The notes below the pieces were generated by a model. The model did not search any database. It was not told where the DNA came from and saw only the letters and a program-made list of their open reading frames with translations. A stretch of DNA of 64,000 bases from Bacteroidota bacterium (GTDB lineage Bacteria; Bacteroidota; Bacteroidia; Cytophagales; Cyclobacteriaceae), in NCBI GenBank assembly GCA_046051425.1, contig JBJOOF010000043.1, positions 829 to 64,828 on the forward strand, read 5' to 3'. Made by a program: the position numbers and the translations under genes. Below, piece after piece: positions 56,300 to 64,000 of this stretch (its first letter is position 1; every line of letters begins with the position of its first letter).

Positions 56300-56355
56300 T
56301 TACTTCTTTACCTATAAGTTCTTGCAATCAATTGCAGTGGGTTCTAGAACATTTT

Positions 56356-56781
56356 TTACCGCACCACCGGTAATCCCTGCTGTGCCCACCCTTGAATCCC
56401 TCCTTGGAGGTGGTAGACCTTGGTGTAGCCCTGCTGAATCAGCATCCGCGCGGCTTCTTCGCTTCTTGCCCCTACGGCACAGTACACGTAGACTTCTTGG
56501 TCTTTCGAGATTTGATTGACCTGATCTAGAAAATCCGAACTGTAAAAGTCTATTTCCACTGATCCTTCAATTTTTCCTTGGGCGATCTCGTCCGCAGTAC
56601 GCACATCTAGGACGGTGCCGGCTCTGCTCTTGGATGCAAACTCTTGTGCATTTAAAGTAACGACCGAAGCCGAACTCGTCTGGTTGGTGCTTTCGGTGGT
56701 AGTGGATTGGGTAGTGGAACTCGGTTGACAAGCATATAGGCCTGAAAGAATAATTAGGCCGCTTAGGAAGGTAGTTTTCAT
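56356..56781 (-). CDS. Rhodanese-like domain lipoprotein
   Basis: Lipobox LYAC, S/T-rich linker, LDVRT..E, YCAVGARS, LQGGIQGW; start taken at ATG 56781. Confidence 0.9.
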   Translation of the reverse strand: MKTTFLSGLIILSGLYACQPSSTTQSTTTESTNQTSSASVVTLNAQEFASKSRAGTVLDVRTADEIAQGKIEGSVEIDFYSSDFLDQVNQISKDQEVYVYCAVGARSEEAARMLIQQGYTKVYHLQGGIQGWAQQGLPVVR

Positions 56782-56873
56782 GCGATTAATTTTTACAAAA
56801 TTAACAAATTCGGGATGCACTCTTTGTGAGTAAAGGCACAGGAGTCTGTCGTCTGTGGACGGTTGACCGTTGA

Positions 56874-57731
56874 CTATAAAAATGCCATACTCAAGGTTCC
56901 GATACCCATGATCACTTTGGCCAGGGTACTCAGCTTGGCAAATTGCTCTTTTTGATCTGCACGATGAATTTTCCACATAAACCAGCAGAATAGGATACCA
57001 AGCCCCCCGAAATAATAATACAGTTGTGGAAGGTTCAATTGGAAAGTCACCGTAAAGATCGAGCCCACAAAGGTGATCGCAATGATGTAGATTACCTGCT
57101 TGGTCTTGCGGAAGCCCAGTACAATCGGCAAGGTCTTGGACCCGTGGAGGTGATCGCCTTGTCGATCTTCAATGTCCTTGAGCAGCTCACGAATCAGGGT
57201 TAAGAAAAAAGCAAAAAGTGCATAGGTGAAGACGAGCAATTCATTTTTCTGGAAGTAATAGGCTACCAAGTAAATGGAAAGGCTGGTTAAAAAGGCTACT
57301 GCTAGGTTGCCAATGAAAGGCTTTCGCTTGAGTCCATTGCAGTACCACCAGAGCATTACGCCAGCAAAAATGATGAGAGCTGCAATCCGAGGAGCCACCA
57401 CCCAACCCATGCCGATGGCAACGAAGTTGAATACGCTATGTAGCATCAAAATGACTCTTCTCTTGATGCCTTTACCCACCACCACTGCCTTGGGGCGATT
57501 GATGTAGTCAATTTTGACATCGTAGTAATCGTTGATCATGTAGCCTGCTGCAGTAACCAGCAAGGTGGCTAGGATCAAAAGGTAGAGGCGAAAATCCTGC
57601 ACGGCAGGAAGGCCTTGTGCATTGGTTTCCACCAGAAAATGCGCCGTCATCACTTGGGCAAAAGCAATCAGCAGCAAGTTGATCGGTCTGCTGATTCTAA
57701 AAAGGCTACGAAGTGATAATTTTCTTTCCAT
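56874..57731 (-). CDS. UbiA-family prenyltransferase (DGGGP-synthase-like subfamily)
   Basis: RPINL, GYMINDYYDVKIDYINRP, RELLKDIEDRQGD, KTLPIVLG. Confidence 0.9.
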   Translation of the reverse strand: MERKLSLRSLFRISRPINLLLIAFAQVMTAHFLVETNAQGLPAVQDFRLYLLILATLLVTAAGYMINDYYDVKIDYINRPKAVVVGKGIKRRVILMLHSVFNFVAIGMGWVVAPRIAALIIFAGVMLWWYCNGLKRKPFIGNLAVAFLTSLSIYLVAYYFQKNELLVFTYALFAFFLTLIRELLKDIEDRQGDHLHGSKTLPIVLGFRKTKQVIYIIAITFVGSIFTVTFQLNLPQLYYYFGGLGILFCWFMWKIHRADQKEQFAKLSTLAKVIMGIGTLSMAFL

Positions 57732-57873
57732 GGGTTACTCTGCCCGATAAAAATAATAGAATAAAAGGATGATTTGGGGATTATTTTAGCAGTTGCTTCC
57801 GTAATTGTAGTTCCTAGATTTCGTGAATTTCATGGTCATTTTCCTTAACTTGACTATTCAGATTGATATCGCT

Positions 57874-59244
57874 ATGAATTCGTTCACCAATTCCTCAAGA
57901 AGAAATTTTATCAAACGCTCAGGAACAGCTTTGGCAGGTTCCTTTTTGGTGCATCCCTTGGCACAAGCCTTAAGTTTGTTTCCTGGCTTGGACCGCAAAA
58001 TGAAATTGGCCTTGGTGGGTACTGGCGTACGTGGGCTTAGTATGTGGGGACGGGACGTGGTGAAAGCCTACAGCGACCGAGTTGAGTTTGTGGGTTTGTC
58101 CGACAAAAACGAAGGACGCATGCAGTTAGGGAAGGCTTATTTGGAAGTAGATTGTCCGCTGTATCTAGATTTTGATCAAATGCTTCGCGAAACTTCCCCA
58201 GATGTGGTAATCGTGACTACGATGGATAGCACCCATCACGAATTCATCATCAAGGGTTTGAATGCAGGCATGCATGTCATCACGGAAAAGCCGATGACCA
58301 CCGATGAACAAAAGGTGCAAGCCATTTTGGATGCGGAGCGGCTCTCAGGCAAGCAGGTCCTGGTGACTTTCAACTACCGCTACTCTCCCCACCGTCAAAA
58401 ACTCTATGAACTCCTGCAGGAAGGAGCCATTGGCAAAGTGACCTCGGTGGATTTTCATTGGTACCTAGACACCTCCCATGGAGCAGATTATTTTCGGCGT
58501 TGGCATGGCATCCAGGCCCACAGTGGAAGCCTGCTGGTGCATAAAGCTTCGCATCATTTTGACCTACTCAACTGGTGGCTAAACTCAGACCCAGAAGAAG
58601 TTTTTGCTTACGGCTCCCTTGAATTTTATGGAAAAAATGGCCCTTTTCGATCCAAGTCCTGCCGAGGTTGTCCCCATGCATCTTCCTGTGATTTTTACTG
58701 GGACATTACTAAAAATGAATACCTCACCAAGTTGTATGTGGACAACGAAAAATACGATGGCTACTTACGGGATGGATGCGTGTTTCGCGAAGAAATTGAC
58801 AGCTTTGATAAAATGGCGGTTCAGATCCGTTACAAAAATAAGGTGCAGGTGAGCTATTCACTGACGACCTACTCTCCCTATGAAGGCTATCGAATTGCCT
58901 TCAATGGAACCGAAGGAAGGCTTGAGGCATGGATTAAAGAGAGTCAGCCCTGGGAGGAAAAGAATGAGGATGAATTGGTGCTGGTCAAGAATTTCGGGGA
59001 GAGAACCCTCATTCCTGTTCCTCAAGGAGCTGGTGGGCATGGTGGCGGAGATACGAGACTCAAGGACAAACTTTTTCTTGACCCCAACCAGGCCGACCCT
59101 TGGCGACAGTCCGCAGGGAGCCGGGATGGAGCCATGTCCTGTCTGATTGGAATTGCTGCGAGGCACTCCATTGAGCAAGGCAAACCCATACAGATTCAAG
59201 ACCTGACTACGATTCCATTACAGGAATCAGGTAGAGGAGTTTAA
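57874..59244 (+). CDS. Tat-exported Gfo/Idh/MocA oxidoreductase
   Basis: SRRNFIK signal; ALVGTGVRG, TEKPM, FNYRY, HGADYFRRWH, HHFD, GHGGGD. Confidence 0.92.
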   Translation: MNSFTNSSRRNFIKRSGTALAGSFLVHPLAQALSLFPGLDRKMKLALVGTGVRGLSMWGRDVVKAYSDRVEFVGLSDKNEGRMQLGKAYLEVDCPLYLDFDQMLRETSPDVVIVTTMDSTHHEFIIKGLNAGMHVITEKPMTTDEQKVQAILDAERLSGKQVLVTFNYRYSPHRQKLYELLQEGAIGKVTSVDFHWYLDTSHGADYFRRWHGIQAHSGSLLVHKASHHFDLLNWWLNSDPEEVFAYGSLEFYGKNGPFRSKSCRGCPHASSCDFYWDITKNEYLTKLYVDNEKYDGYLRDGCVFREEIDSFDKMAVQIRYKNKVQVSYSLTTYSPYEGYRIAFNGTEGRLEAWIKESQPWEEKNEDELVLVKNFGERTLIPVPQGAGGHGGGDTRLKDKLFLDPNQADPWRQSAGSRDGAMSCLIGIAARHSIEQGKPIQIQDLTTIPLQESGRGV

Positions 59245-59256
59245 GCTGGATTTTTT

Positions 59257-60132
59257 TTAGGCTTTGTCCATTACCGCAGAAACAGCCTCAGGTTGAAGAT
59301 CTACTAGGGCTACTGCTCCGTGGATGGCTGTTTCATCGAGATCCGAAACGAGTACCTGAAGCTTGGCCAAGACAGATGTATAGGGGAAAGTCTGCAAAGT
59401 GGCCCGCATGGACTTTTCAAACAAAGGGTAGGTCTTCCGGATGGAACCACCCAAGACGATCGCTTCGGGAGCAAGGGAAAAAAGGATCACTTTGAGCAGT
59501 TCTCCCACATGGGTTCCAAATTCATCAAATGCCTGCAAGGCTACCAGATCTCCTTCCTGCGCTAGTTTTGCCAGGGCCTTGGGACGACTTTGGTACACGC
59601 GATTGAAAAATTTGCCACTGCAATAATCCTCAAAGGTCATATCTAAGTAGGGAGCGCCACACCATTCTCCGGCGGCAGAATTGACTCCGGAATACAGCTT
59701 GTTGTGGATGATAATCCCACCACCTACTCCGGTACCTAGGGTGATGCCCACGAGGTTTTGGAATCCTTTACCAACACCAAATTTGTGTACCCCCAGCGCA
59801 AAGCAATTCGCGTCATTGTTGATGTAAACAGGCTTCCCAAAGCGAGCCGTCAAAAACTTCCGTAATTCTACATGCTGAAAGGAGGGGATATTGGCCAATC
59901 CCAAGACAATGCCTTCCTTGGGGTCCACCAATCCAGGAATCCCGATTCCGATTCCTTCAAAGGAGTAGGGGAGGTAACTTTCAATAAAAGTAGCCAAGGC
60001 CTCCAAAATCACCTCCTGACTTTCTTGTGCAGGAGTGGGAATGCTTCGGATATCTTGGAGATGGCCCGCCACCAGTACCCCAGCCTTGATGCTGGTACCG
60101 CCAATGTCGATGCCTAGAATTACGTGTTCCAT
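59257..60132 (-). CDS. ROK family sugar kinase
   Basis: GIDIGGT, NNDANCFA, TLGTGVGGG, AGE. Confidence 0.92.
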   Translation of the reverse strand: MEHVILGIDIGGTSIKAGVLVAGHLQDIRSIPTPAQESQEVILEALATFIESYLPYSFEGIGIGIPGLVDPKEGIVLGLANIPSFQHVELRKFLTARFGKPVYINNDANCFALGVHKFGVGKGFQNLVGITLGTGVGGGIIIHNKLYSGVNSAAGEWCGAPYLDMTFEDYCSGKFFNRVYQSRPKALAKLAQEGDLVALQAFDEFGTHVGELLKVILFSLAPEAIVLGGSIRKTYPLFEKSMRATLQTFPYTSVLAKLQVLVSDLDETAIHGAVALVDLQPEAVSAVMDKA

Positions 60133-60228
60133 TCGAAAAAAAAAAGGATTAATGGGATTGAAAATACCTGACTTCCTCACAGAGGACTTGAAAATCAGGT
60201 GGTCAAATTGGATAAATAAAGCTGCTTG

Positions 60229-62556
60229 TTAGAGCATGCCTTCGATGGATTTTTCGAGTTCTCGGGCAGTTGCCAAAAACTCATCTACATTCATGTCTCG
60301 GAAGAAAATCAAGCCATGGCTTGCACGAACCTTAGCGTGCTCGTGCTGGTAGAAGTAATTTTTGCCGAGCAGCAATTGGATGTCATTGAGCTGACCTACC
60401 CAGGTGCGCTTGGCGACCGTGCTAAACTTTCCGTTGTGGGAATAACTCGGAAAGGAAGCCTTGACCTGGCTGAGGTAGCAGTTGGCAAAGGAGTCTTCCA
60501 TCACGGCCATGTCGCCTAGGGAAACAGGCACAATGACATTCGCTTCATGGGGTTCGAACTTGAACCATACATTTCGGTATCCGATGATGCGGAGCTGGCT
60601 GGTATCGGTTTCTTCGGACCATTTTTTGACTGCAGCTGCAGTGGCTTGAAGTACCTTGTAATGTGTATCGGGTCCGGATCCTTCGGGATCTAGCGTGAGG
60701 CTTAATTTGGTAGGTTTGATCTTTCGAAGCATCTCCACAATGGGTTCCACATCGCGGGTTTTGTCCGGCTGCTCAGTGAAAATATCTCCCGTATAAAAGC
60801 CAAGTCGGAGGTGGTGGACATTTTTCACTTGCACTCCAAAGTGTGCCCAAACCAATTCTTCTTCAAACTCACGAATCATCCCTTTCAACTTTTGAATTTT
60901 GGGCGGATTTTTTTCGCCATCGTAGGAATTCTTCAAGATGCTGAGCACTTCATTGATGGTTTCGCGCAATTGCTCCTTGTCCTTGATCTCCCAAACGATA
61001 CAGAGCGCCCGCACTACTCGGTGACAAAGCCCTCTTGAGCGAGCAGCGGCATTTTCCGAAGCTACATTGGTCAGGAAGTGATACACATCCTTGTCCGTTT
61101 TGAGGCTATAGCCTACCTCAAAAAAGTCCTCGTAATTGGTCATCTGAATTTTCCCCTCGTCCAATAATTTCTTAGTAAGGAGCAAGGTATCGATCACAAA
61201 TCGGTTAGTCACAGCCGTAAAACCCGAGGTAAGCACTGAGAAGTGCGCTTCGTTGCTTGGGTCGTGCAGTTGGTTGGTGATGTGGGGTAGGATCCCCAAG
61301 GAAATGTCGTCGTGGTGCGGTCCTGTGTGGAGGAGCACTTCATTTTGTTCCTGATCCAGACCTTTGGAAATTTTGGAGGAAATGCTTTTGATCACCTGGT
61401 TGACGGTATCCTCGGATAGATCAGGGATTTGCTTGCAATAGGGGTCTGCCTTCAAATCTTCCAACTTGAGTCGGTGCCCATAGGTGTTCTTTTTCTTGCA
61501 AAGTTCGATGACCGCACGCTCTGTCTTTTCAAAGCTCCAAGGACCTGATTGGTAATAAGCATCGACGGAGTCAGTGAGCTTGACCGCTGCGCCTCGGGTG
61601 AGGTAAAATCTACCTTGGGTGAGTTTTTGAAGGATGGTGGCTGGGTATTGAGTAGTAGGGCTAGACTCCAAGGAGTCCCGAACAATCCCGGCTTTGGCTT
61701 CACCCGCAGCGATGACGATACCCACCGCATTGGGATTGTAGACGATGGTGTCCAAACCGATGGTGATGACCAATCGGTTGGCGGAAATCTCGATACCGCC
61801 CAAGTCTCCTGCTGCCACGGCTTGTGTTTCAAAGTTGGTTTCGGTAAGTCGGGTCACCGAGTACGGATGCGATCCTCGCGTATTGAAGGCGATGTGTCCA
61901 TCAGGCCCTATGCCACCTAGAAAAAAGCCAATTCCGCCTTTTGCGCGGATGCGTTGCTCGTATTCTCCACACCACTGGTCGATGAGGTAAATGGAGGTTT
62001 GCTGGAGTTGCTCCAATTCATTCACAGGATCTCTGAAGCGAAGGCTGAGGTCTACTTTTAGGTCAGGGAAAATCTTATTGAAGCGTTTTCCTTCTGCCAA
62101 AGGGATTTCATCCGAGTTGATTAGGATGGCTTTTTCCTTGGATAGACCAAATCCGCTGAGGTAAAACTTGTTGACGTAATCGTAAAAACTGTTGTGCTGC
62201 TTGGAAGAAATAGGGTAAAACTCATCGATTTGTACGAAGGTGAGTTCCTGGAGGCTGGGTTTTTTGGTGTTGCCCAAACCGTATTTTTCGCGAACCTCCT
62301 TACCCTTTTTGGTGTCCCAGTTTTCAAGTAGAAACTGGGTCCATTTGATAAAGTATTCCGGTGTCTTGCCCGTGGGTAGACTGACCACGCCTTCGGGATT
62401 AGCTGCTACCCACTCCAGAAAGCGGCAAGCGGTGAGCAGGCCTAGCTTGGGGAAATTGTCCACCAAGAGGTAAGGGAGCTGGGTAGTCATTTTGGTGACA
62501 CCAGATTCTGCCAAGAAAGCCTTTTCTACTTCGGAAAACTGAGGGGTTGCGTGCAT
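60229..62556 (-). CDS. nagB: Glucosamine-6-phosphate deaminase fused to a PIG-L/LmbE-like domain
   Basis: LPTGKTP, QIDEFYP, GGIGPDGHIAFN; C-terminal GPHHDD and DPEGSGPDTH. Confidence 0.85.
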   Translation of the reverse strand: MHATPQFSEVEKAFLAESGVTKMTTQLPYLLVDNFPKLGLLTACRFLEWVAANPEGVVSLPTGKTPEYFIKWTQFLLENWDTKKGKEVREKYGLGNTKKPSLQELTFVQIDEFYPISSKQHNSFYDYVNKFYLSGFGLSKEKAILINSDEIPLAEGKRFNKIFPDLKVDLSLRFRDPVNELEQLQQTSIYLIDQWCGEYEQRIRAKGGIGFFLGGIGPDGHIAFNTRGSHPYSVTRLTETNFETQAVAAGDLGGIEISANRLVITIGLDTIVYNPNAVGIVIAAGEAKAGIVRDSLESSPTTQYPATILQKLTQGRFYLTRGAAVKLTDSVDAYYQSGPWSFEKTERAVIELCKKKNTYGHRLKLEDLKADPYCKQIPDLSEDTVNQVIKSISSKISKGLDQEQNEVLLHTGPHHDDISLGILPHITNQLHDPSNEAHFSVLTSGFTAVTNRFVIDTLLLTKKLLDEGKIQMTNYEDFFEVGYSLKTDKDVYHFLTNVASENAAARSRGLCHRVVRALCIVWEIKDKEQLRETINEVLSILKNSYDGEKNPPKIQKLKGMIREFEEELVWAHFGVQVKNVHHLRLGFYTGDIFTEQPDKTRDVEPIVEMLRKIKPTKLSLTLDPEGSGPDTHYKVLQATAAAVKKWSEETDTSQLRIIGYRNVWFKFEPHEANVIVPVSLGDMAVMEDSFANCYLSQVKASFPSYSHNGKFSTVAKRTWVGQLNDIQLLLGKNYFYQHEHAKVRASHGLIFFRDMNVDEFLATARELEKSIEGML

Positions 62557-62748
62557 GAGAACAGTCGTTGAAGGATAAAACGAGAACATCCCATAAAAGG
62601 GTCTCTTTTGAGAAAAGAGAGCGGAGTATGGGTTAATCAAATCTAAAAAATTTTGGAACTAAAACCGAATACTTTAGTAAAAAAATTAAAGAAGTTTAGT
62701 TTAAAAACAAAAAATATGAATTATTCAAAAAACCGCATTTGAAGGGAT

Positions 62749-62782
62749 AAAAAAAATACCTCAGAGATTTCTCTGAGGTATT
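62749..62782 (-). terminator. Rho-independent terminator of sucD
   Basis: AATACCTCAGAGA-TT-TCTCTGAGGTATT, with an upstream A-run (U-tail on the minus strand). Confidence 0.85.
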
Positions 62783-62811
62783 GAAGGGTTTTGGACCCGT
62801 ATAAATTTGGA

Positions 62812-63693
62812 TTAAGCGGTTACCCCAAGGGCTTTGGCCATGGTTGCTCCAATCTCAGCTGGAGATTCAGCTACCAAGATTCCATTTTCGCGCATGATTC
62901 GCATTTTTGCTGCTGCAGTATCGTCAGCACCACCAATGATAGCACCTGCGTGACCCATTCTACGACCCGGAGGGGCTGTTTGTCCAGCAATAAAGCCTAC
63001 TACTGGCTTCTTATTGCCTGTTTCACGGATCCAACGCGCCGCTTCCGCTTCGTAATTTCCTCCAATCTCACCGATCATGATGATCGCATCCGTTTCTGGA
63101 TCGTTCATCAAAAGTTCTACAGCTTGCTTGGTAGAAGTACCAATGATCGGGTCACCACCGATACCGATGGCGGTAGATACACCAAGACCTGCCTTAGCCA
63201 CTTGATCCGCTGCCTCGTAGGTCAAGGTTCCTGACTTGGATACAATACCGATTCTTCCTTGCTTGAAGACAAAACCTGGCATGATGCCCACTTTCGCTTC
63301 GCCTGGAGTGATTACTCCTGGGCAGTTAGGACCAATTAATACACATCCTCTTTCTTTCATGTAAGGCTTGGCACGCATCATGTCTGCTACTGGAATTCCT
63401 TCCGTGATGGCGATGATCACTTTGATTCCTGCATCAGCTGCTTCCATGATGGCATCCGCTGCAAATGCAGGAGGCACAAAAATAATGGAAGTATCTGCAC
63501 CAGTCTTTTGTACGGCATCTTCTACCGAATCAAACACGGGTCTTTCCAAATGCAGCGTTCCGCCTTTGCCTGGAGTGACGCCCCCAACAACTTGGGTGCC
63601 GTACTCGATCATTTGCTGGGCGTGAAAAGAGCCTTCAGTTCCTGTGAAGCCCTGAACGATAACTTTTGAATTTTTATTGACTAGTACACTCAT
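62812..63693 (-). CDS. sucD: Succinyl-CoA ligase alpha subunit
   Basis: [37 protein letters not shown]; start taken at ATG 63693. Confidence 0.97.
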   Translation of the reverse strand: MSVLVNKNSKVIVQGFTGTEGSFHAQQMIEYGTQVVGGVTPGKGGTLHLERPVFDSVEDAVQKTGADTSIIFVPPAFAADAIMEAADAGIKVIIAITEGIPVADMMRAKPYMKERGCVLIGPNCPGVITPGEAKVGIMPGFVFKQGRIGIVSKSGTLTYEAADQVAKAGLGVSTAIGIGGDPIIGTSTKQAVELLMNDPETDAIIMIGEIGGNYEAEAARWIRETGNKKPVVGFIAGQTAPPGRRMGHAGAIIGGADDTAAAKMRIMRENGILVAESPAEIGATMAKALGVTA

Positions 63694-63716
63694 GATGCGC
63701 TGATTAATGTTTCGCA

Positions 63717-63724
63717 CAAAAATA
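63717..63724 (-). promoter_or_regulatory. Putative -7 promoter element of sucD
   Basis: Minus strand TATTTTTG (TAnnTTTG) about 24 bp upstream of the start codon. Confidence 0.5.
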
Positions 63725-64000
63725 GAAGAAAGCACCCCCCCTTCAAAAGAAAATGGTAACATTCTATTCGAATTTTAAGCCTATCCACGAATCCTGAATC
63801 TGCATCCCTTCTTTTCCCCAAAAAGGGGAGGACTTCTTCTTCTAGTTAGGGTCAAGAATGGATCAAAAATCAAAAATCTTCGTTTCTGTTGAAAAAGGTC
63901 AGCAATTTGTAGACCTAAAAAATTAACTTTGGGATGGCCGATTGGATGTATTTGGAAAACATTCTACTGCCTAGAATTTGAATTTCATGTTGCTACAAAC

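Noticed and set aside
56167-56360. Integration site at tRNA-Ser
   Set aside because: No duplicate of its 3' end and no integrase seen in the window; it is followed directly by a terminator and core genes.
56130-56519. 129-aa ORF spanning tRNA-Ser, and the 67-aa ORF 22171-22374 spanning tRNA-Leu
   Set aside because: Both overlap clear tRNA genes and terminators, so they are spurious.
56874-57731. Archaeal-type ether lipid synthesis suggested by the DGGGP-synthase-like gene
   Set aside because: This UbiA subfamily is widespread in Bacteroidota; no partner genes are adjacent and substrate cannot be read from sequence.
62812-64000. sucD without an adjacent sucC
   Set aside because: Split sucC/sucD is common in Bacteroidota and sucD has its own promoter-like motif.

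Overview
This window is mostly core chromosome of a Bacteroidota bacterium; gene content and protein style suggest Cyclobacteriaceae/Algoriphagus-like, which is an inference. Housekeeping genes include holB, rimK, hemC, phoH, comEC, recQ, sua5, pgk, sppA, folK, fabD, sdhCAB, ruvC, tatD, ansA, nagB, sucD, tRNA-Leu(CAA) and tRNA-Ser(GGA). Two accessory regions stand out. (1) An AT-rich four-gene cassette (~5.7-10.6 kb) encodes an APC amino-acid permease translationally coupled to a methyltransferase-like lipoprotein, a papain/NlpC-P60-like Cys-His protein and a divergent YkuD-type L,D-transpeptidase lipoprotein. It is a candidate cell-wall editing system. (2) A compact insertion hotspot (20.5-22.4 kb) holds a RelE/XRE-like pair bracketed by a duplicated 3' end of the upstream ABC permease gene, REP-like hairpins, and a tRNA-Leu / 80-aa GIY-YIG nuclease / tRNA-Leu pseudocopy unit. 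The pseudocopy is interrupted by ~20-bp CCTGCCTGCCGGCAGGCAGG-type palindromes, one nested inside another. All functional calls come from motif reading; no database search was run.
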